Shown in pieces: positions 5,478-10,153 of a DNA stretch of 10,153 nt. The notes under the pieces are model-generated. The model ran no database searches, was not told the DNA's origin, and saw only the letters and a program-made list of their open reading frames with translations. Numbering within the stretch: position 1 is the first letter of the stretch; every line of letters begins with the position of its first letter. Source of the DNA: Myxococcota bacterium (GTDB lineage Bacteria > Myxococcota > JACRCW01); contig JBFMGU010000337.1 of assembly GCA_040752415.1 (NCBI GenBank), forward strand, positions 1 to 10,153. The letters are read 5' to 3'. The position numbers and the translations under genes were made by a program.

Positions 5478-8009
5478 TTGCCTCCCGTGGTGAGCCCCCG
5501 CCCCCTCCCGCCGACGACCCTGACGCGCCCGCGTGCCCTGCGACCCGCGTTGCTGGCGGCCTTCGTGGTGGCGTTGGGCATCTCCACGGTGGGCGTGCTG
5601 GATGCGGTGGCCTTCATTGGTCGGCCGTTCCCGCGCTTCGGCTACACGGAGACGCTGTTCGTCAATCCCGTGCTGTTTGCGCCGGAGGAGTCGCGCACGC
5701 CGCAGGTGGCGTTGTGGGACCGCATCACCGCCGTGGACGGCCTCCCGGTGCGTGACGCGCAGACCCTCACGGCCATCCTGAACGCCACGCCGCCGCCGGG
5801 TCGGGTCATGCTGAGCATGGTGGACCCCGAGGGGAAGACCAAGGACGTGGCGGTGACGCTGGAGCGCTTCTCCGTCACGGACTTCTTCCGCTGGCACACC
5901 AACCAGACCATCCTGGCCGTGGTCATCCTGCTCATTGGGATGGGTGTGCTGCTGCTGCGTTTCAACTCGCGCGCGGTGACCTTCTCGCTGTGCTGCATGG
6001 CCAACGGGCTCATGATGGCCGGTGGCGTCGACGGGACCTTCTTCCGACGCTTCCCCAACCTCTTCCATCTCTCCGCGCCCTTCGTGCCCGCCGCGGCCAT
6101 GGCGTTCGCCGTGACGCTGTCACCGCGGCTCGCCCGTCGGAAGCGACGTTTCCTGGTGTGGGGGATCCCGTTGCTGATGGGCGTGGTGCTCTCCGCCTCG
6201 CTCATCACGTTCCAGGGCGGCCCGGTGCAGCTCTACGCGGCGCTGGGTGTGGGCAGCTACGTGTTCCTGCTGCTGGGCGCGGGCGGGTTCTTTGCCGTGA
6301 TGTGGGACGCGTGGCGTCGTCCGGAGGGGCCGCTGGCGCGCGCGCGGGCCGGCGTCATTGTGCTGACCTGGCCGCTGGCCATGGGCATCCCGGCGCTCAA
6401 CTTCCTCATGGGCCTGGTGTTCGAGGTGTGGGAGCTCACCGCGGTGCCCAACGTGGCGGTGCTGCTCATGCCCGTGTCCGTGGCCTACGCCATCCTGCGG
6501 CAGGACCTCTTCGAGGCGGACCTCACGCTGCGCCGGTTGTTCGCCGACCTCATCCTCACCGGCCTGGCCACGGCGGGCTACGCGGGCGCGCTCAGCGTGG
6601 CGTACGCGATCATCGACGACCAGGCGGCCTCCCCCGCGGTGGCGGTGGCCATGGCGGCCATGCTGCTCGCGGTGGCCATCCCCATCCGCGACCGGTTCAA
6701 GCACACCGTGGATAGGCTCATGGAGGGACGTCGCTACGAGGCGCAGGATGCCTTGGCAGGCCTGGCCGGACAGCTCTCCACCGAGCTCAGCCTGGAGCGC
6801 GCGTTGCAGCGCATTGCGGAGACGCTCACGCGTACCGTGCAACCGGGCGCCTGCAGCGTGGTGCTGCTGGACAGCCGCGGCGAGGGAGCGCTGCACGCGG
6901 TGCAGGGCGCGGTGCTCCCCATGGTGGAGGTGGCGTCGTGGCGCGATGCCGCGCTGCTGCTCCGTGACGACGAGACCGCCGCGCACGAGGACGACACGAA
7001 CGAAGGCGGCATCCGCGTGCTCCCGCTCCCGGCGGGCGTGGAGGCGGTGGTGCCGTTGCGGGCCAGTGGTCGCCTGCTGGGTGCGCTGGTGCTGGGCTCG
7101 CCCGTCGACGGAACGCGCTTCTCCGCGGCGGACCTGGTGTTCCTGCGCGCGGTGGCGGGCCAGGCGGCGCCCACGTTGGCCAATGCGCGCGCGTTTGACG
7201 AGGTGGAGGAGCTGAACCGCACCCTGGAGGAACGCGTCCGCGACCGCACCGCCGAGCTCACCACGCTCAACGAGGAGCTGCGTGCGCAGGACAAGCGCAA
7301 GGATGAGCTCATCAGCACGGTGAGCCATGACTTCCGCTCCCCGCTGGCCATCATCCGCTCCCACGTGCAGACCATGCTGGACGACGCGCAGATGCCCGAC
7401 GCGGTGCGCACGCAGTTCCTGCAGGTCATTGACCGCCAGGCCCGTCGGCTCAGCTCCATGGTGGAGAACCTGCTGGACCTGGCGCGCATCAAGAACCGCG
7501 GGCTGCAGGCGCGCGCCCTCAACGTGGGAGAGCTGTTGCGCAGCGCCGCGGACATCGGTCGACCGCGCCTGGAGGCGGCCAAGGTATCGCTCAGGATGGA
7601 GCTGCCGTCCTCGGAGGTGCGCGTGCGCGGCGACGCGGAGCGGCTGGCGCAGGTGTTCCAGAACCTGCTGGAGAACGCGGCCAAGTTCACGCCGCACGGC
7701 GGGGAGGTCCACCTGTACGCCCACGCTGACGACGGGAAGGTGACCTTTGGCGTGCGCGACAACGGCGTGGGCATCCCGGAGGCCGACCAGCCGCGCATCT
7801 GCGAGCCGTTCTACCAGGTCAAGCGCGCGGGCGCGGAGCGTGAGGGCAGCGGACTGGGGCTGGCCATCGTCAAGGAGATCGTCGAGCGTCACGAGAGTCG
7901 GCTGCGTCTGCACAGTCGTGAGGGTGCGGGCACCACCTGGGAGTTCGACCTGGCGCGCCTGGGGGAGACCGAGGCCGAGGTGGGCACAGGGCAGGCGCGG
8001 GCGGTATGA
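5478..8009 (+). CDS. Membrane sensor histidine kinase (TM - PDZ-like - ~9 TM - GAF - coiled coil - HisKA - HATPase_c)
   Basis: PDZ-like DRITAVDGLPV; about 10 hydrophobic segments in total, including P..VAYAILRQDLF; GAF VVPLRASGRLLGALVLG..FSAADLVFL; helix EELNRTLEERVRDRTAEL; H-box VSHDFRSPL (His codon 7326-7328); N-box QVFQNLLENAAKF; G1 DNGVGIP; F-box EPFYQ; G2 GSGLGL. Start uncertain (TTG 5478 or GTG 5487/5490). Confidence 0.93.
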   Translation: MPPVVSPRPLPPTTLTRPRALRPALLAAFVVALGISTVGVLDAVAFIGRPFPRFGYTETLFVNPVLFAPEESRTPQVALWDRITAVDGLPVRDAQTLTAILNATPPPGRVMLSMVDPEGKTKDVAVTLERFSVTDFFRWHTNQTILAVVILLIGMGVLLLRFNSRAVTFSLCCMANGLMMAGGVDGTFFRRFPNLFHLSAPFVPAAAMAFAVTLSPRLARRKRRFLVWGIPLLMGVVLSASLITFQGGPVQLYAALGVGSYVFLLLGAGGFFAVMWDAWRRPEGPLARARAGVIVLTWPLAMGIPALNFLMGLVFEVWELTAVPNVAVLLMPVSVAYAILRQDLFEADLTLRRLFADLILTGLATAGYAGALSVAYAIIDDQAASPAVAVAMAAMLLAVAIPIRDRFKHTVDRLMEGRRYEAQDALAGLAGQLSTELSLERALQRIAETLTRTVQPGACSVVLLDSRGEGALHAVQGAVLPMVEVASWRDAALLLRDDETAAHEDDTNEGGIRVLPLPAGVEAVVPLRASGRLLGALVLGSPVDGTRFSAADLVFLRAVAGQAAPTLANARAFDEVEELNRTLEERVRDRTAELTTLNEELRAQDKRKDELISTVSHDFRSPLAIIRSHVQTMLDDAQMPDAVRTQFLQVIDRQARRLSSMVENLLDLARIKNRGLQARALNVGELLRSAADIGRPRLEAAKVSLRMELPSSEVRVRGDAERLAQVFQNLLENAAKFTPHGGEVHLYAHADDGKVTFGVRDNGVGIPEADQPRICEPFYQVKRAGAEREGSGLGLAIVKEIVERHESRLRLHSREGAGTTWEFDLARLGETEAEVGTGQARAV

Positions 8010-8037
8010 AGGTCGTCCTTGACGCTTGGGAGATGGC

Positions 8038-9873
8038 GTGAGCACCCCACAGAAGCTGCGCGTGCTGGTTGTCGACGACGAGCCCGACCTGGCCAACGTC
8101 ATCACCTACAACCTGACGCGCCACGGACACCAGGCCAGCAGCGCGGAGAGCGGCGAGGCCGCGGAGACGGCGCTGCAGAAGGAACCGCTGCCGGACATCG
8201 TCATCTCCGACGTCATGATGCCGGGCATCGACGGGTTCGAGTTGTGTCGTCGTCTGCGCGCCAATCCGCGCACCGCGGACATCCCGTTGTTCTTCCTCAC
8301 CGCGCGCTCGGCGGCCGCGGACCGCTACGAGGGGTTCCGCGCCGGCTGCGACGACTACCTGGCCAAACCCTTCGACATGCAGGAGCTCATGCTCCGCGTG
8401 GATGCTTTGGCGCGCCGCCTGGGCAAGGCCCGCAAGGCCGCAAGCAACCTGGCCGCTCCCACGACGTCAACCGGAAATGTGGCGTTGCCTCCCGCCCAGG
8501 CCACGCCCACGGCGCTGATGCAGAAGCTGGCGGTGTACGAGGAGCGCTTTCCCGCGTTGCGCTCGGTGCGACGCGACGTGCTGCTGGGCTCGTCGGAGAG
8601 CGTGCTCTCGTTGTTCGAGGAGATCCTCATCCAGGCCCACACCCGCGACCCGGTCCTCATCCTCGGCGAGACGGGCACGGGCAAGACGGTGGTGGCGGAG
8701 GCGTTGTGGCGGCTGGGCCCGCGGTCGGACCAGACGTTCCGCACGGTGAACTGCGCGGAGCTGCAAGCCGCGGACCCGCTCATCGTCATGGGGCGCTTGT
8801 TCGGGTTTGGTCGCAACAGCGGACTGCAGCATGTGCCCAAGGAGGGACAGCCCGGCATCCTGGAGGAGTGCCACGGCGGGACGCTGTTCCTGGACGAGGT
8901 GGCCCTCCTCCCCTCCCAGGCCCAGGCGCTGTTGCTGCTGCCCGCGGAAGGCCGACCGTTCAACCTGGCCGCGGGGCGGGGAGACCCGGTCACCGTCGAC
9001 GTCAAGCTCATCTTCGCCACCAATCGGGACGTGCACGCGGAGGCGCGCGCGGGTCGTTTCCCGTTGGACTTCGTGATGCGCATGGGTCAGTCGATCATCC
9101 GCCTGACCCCGCTGCGGGAACGTCCCGAGGACGCGCGGGAGCTCTGCATCCACTTCGTCGAGGAGGCGGCACGGGAGATGGGGCGTGGCGGGTTGAAGCC
9201 GTCACTGGCCTTGCTGGAGGAGGTGGCGCGTCGTCCCTGGCCGGGCAATGTGCGGGAGCTGCGCAACAGCGTGCGGGATGCCGTGCGTCGTGCGGTGTTC
9301 CATGATTCTCCCACGGTGGAGCTGAACCACCTGCCGCCCGCCACGCAGACCTGGCGGGGAAGCACGTCGACGGTGCCGCCGGTGACGCCCCCTTCCACCC
9401 CGCCGCCCGTCGAGCCGGAGCGTCAGAGCACGCCGCCCAGCAATCCCGCCGGCGTGGAGTTCACCGCACCGGAGCTCGCCGAGCTGGCCGTGTTGCGCAA
9501 GCACCGTTTCCAGATTGGCCCGTCGGAGGCGGAGCTGGGGTTGAGCCAGAAGTCGCGCACGCTCACCAACCACCTGCGTGGTTTGTGCTTCAAGGCGCTG
9601 CACCGCACGCAGTTCAACGTGGGGCAGGCCGCCCTGGCCGTGGTGGGATCCTCCGACGAGGCGCTGCACGAACGCATGCAGGCGCGCATCCATCACTACC
9701 TGGTGACGGTGCGGGAGAACGTGACCGCGGGAACGCCGGAGAAGCTCTTCAACAACCTGCCGCGTGACTATCACCGCGCCGTCGAGGAAGCGGTGTCGCG
9801 GGCGCGGAGTGGCGGCCTGCCGGATGCACCTCGTGGCACCCAGACCAGCCAGGATGACGACGGTGCGGGCTGA
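8038..9873 (+). CDS. NtrC-like response regulator (REC - sigma54-activator-type AAA+ - extended C-terminal HTH-like region) lacking GAFTGA
   Basis: GGGAG at 8028-8032 precedes GTG 8038. Canonical receiver: VVDDE, ISDVMMPGIDG (Asp codon 8209-8211), LTA, KPF. Walker A GETGTGKT, VNCA, Walker B GGTLFLDEV, ATNRD, sensor II WPGNVRELRN. Starts 28 nt after the kinase stop, so likely co-transcribed. Confidence 0.92.
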   Translation: MSTPQKLRVLVVDDEPDLANVITYNLTRHGHQASSAESGEAAETALQKEPLPDIVISDVMMPGIDGFELCRRLRANPRTADIPLFFLTARSAAADRYEGFRAGCDDYLAKPFDMQELMLRVDALARRLGKARKAASNLAAPTTSTGNVALPPAQATPTALMQKLAVYEERFPALRSVRRDVLLGSSESVLSLFEEILIQAHTRDPVLILGETGTGKTVVAEALWRLGPRSDQTFRTVNCAELQAADPLIVMGRLFGFGRNSGLQHVPKEGQPGILEECHGGTLFLDEVALLPSQAQALLLLPAEGRPFNLAAGRGDPVTVDVKLIFATNRDVHAEARAGRFPLDFVMRMGQSIIRLTPLRERPEDARELCIHFVEEAAREMGRGGLKPSLALLEEVARRPWPGNVRELRNSVRDAVRRAVFHDSPTVELNHLPPATQTWRGSTSTVPPVTPPSTPPPVEPERQSTPPSNPAGVEFTAPELAELAVLRKHRFQIGPSEAELGLSQKSRTLTNHLRGLCFKALHRTQFNVGQAALAVVGSSDEALHERMQARIHHYLVTVRENVTAGTPEKLFNNLPRDYHRAVEEAVSRARSGGLPDAPRGTQTSQDDDGAG

Positions 9874-9912
9874 CATCACCGGATGCGTGCGTGGTGACGT
9901 GGTTGGAAGGCG

Positions 9913-10012
9913 CGCCAGAAACAGTCTGCTCTTGTTGGCGAGGCGGGCGAACACCTAAGCGGCTGCGTCAGAACAAGTTGGCCAATTCGGTCCGATGCCC
10001 TCGAACACCTAA
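9913..10012. repeat. Degenerate tandem direct repeat (~54-bp period) ending in identical CGAACACCTAA
   Basis: CGAACACCTAA occurs at 9948-9958 and 10002-10012. The upstream parts also partially align (CGCCAGAAACAGT at 9913 vs CGTCAGAACAAGT at 9966). Confidence 0.6.
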
Positions 10013-10042
10013 CCCCCCACGTTCAAGCCGTTCTGCGCGCTC

Positions 10043-10096
10043 GCCCCCCTTCCCCAGTACCGATTTTCCGTCGTCACCGAGCCGGGGAAGGGGGGC
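10043..10096. repeat. Perfect 13-bp inverted repeat
   Basis: GCCCCCCTTCCCC (10043-10055) / GGGGAAGGGGGGC (10084-10096) with a 28-nt spacer; no U-tract on either side. Confidence 0.7.
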
Positions 10097-10153
10097 ACTC
10101 GTTTGCGGCCAACGCGATTTGTCGTCGGAAAAGAGGTCACCCGTTGACCGAGT

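Noticed and set aside
6120..8105. Long antisense or alternate-frame ORFs (661 aa here; also 4219..5358, 8019..9305, 124..1014 and others)
   Set aside because: Typical stop-poor shadow frames of high-GC3 genes; the overlapping frames carry clear domain motifs and these do not.
9913..10012. CRISPR mini-array
   Set aside because: Only two 11-bp identical units, similar rather than unique spacers, and no cas genes.
10094..10106. sigma54-like GGCAC-TCGT-TTGC
   Set aside because: Spacing is N4 rather than the strictly required N5, and the upstream T is missing.
10007..10149. Integron attC-like start ACCTAAC...GTTCAAGCCG
   Set aside because: The R''-L'' spacer is 7 nt rather than 5, there is no complementary L'/R' (GTTAGGT-like) end, and there is no cassette ORF or integrase.

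Overview
Very GC-rich bacterial DNA whose gene content (Cys-rich DAG-type lipoprotein, STAS/SEC14-like small protein, multi-TM PDZ/GAF kinase, NtrC-like regulator) suggests Myxococcota; this is an inference. In order, the window holds: a 5'-truncated Cys-rich lipoprotein (+); tRNA-Leu(TAA) (+); a convergent RlmA-type 23S rRNA m1G methyltransferase (-); a stand-alone atypical receiver protein (+); a STAS/SEC14 (SpoIIAA-like) protein (-); a secreted parallel beta-helix protein with the AlgG-type YGxDPHD mannuronan C5-epimerase motif and a C-terminal Ig-like domain (-); and, divergent from it, a two-gene operon (+) of a TM-PDZ-multiTM-GAF-HisKA-HATPase sensor kinase and a REC-AAA+ enhancer-binding-like regulator. 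No integrase, transposase or CRISPR array is present. The most notable points are (i) an AlgG-like epimerase with no alg genes nearby in the window, (ii) a regulator whose GAFTGA loop is entirely replaced and which carries an unusual doubled Fis-like C-terminus, and (iii) a structured divergent intergenic region between them, a candidate polysaccharide-modification/sensing module. All calls are by-eye motif recognition; no database searches were run.
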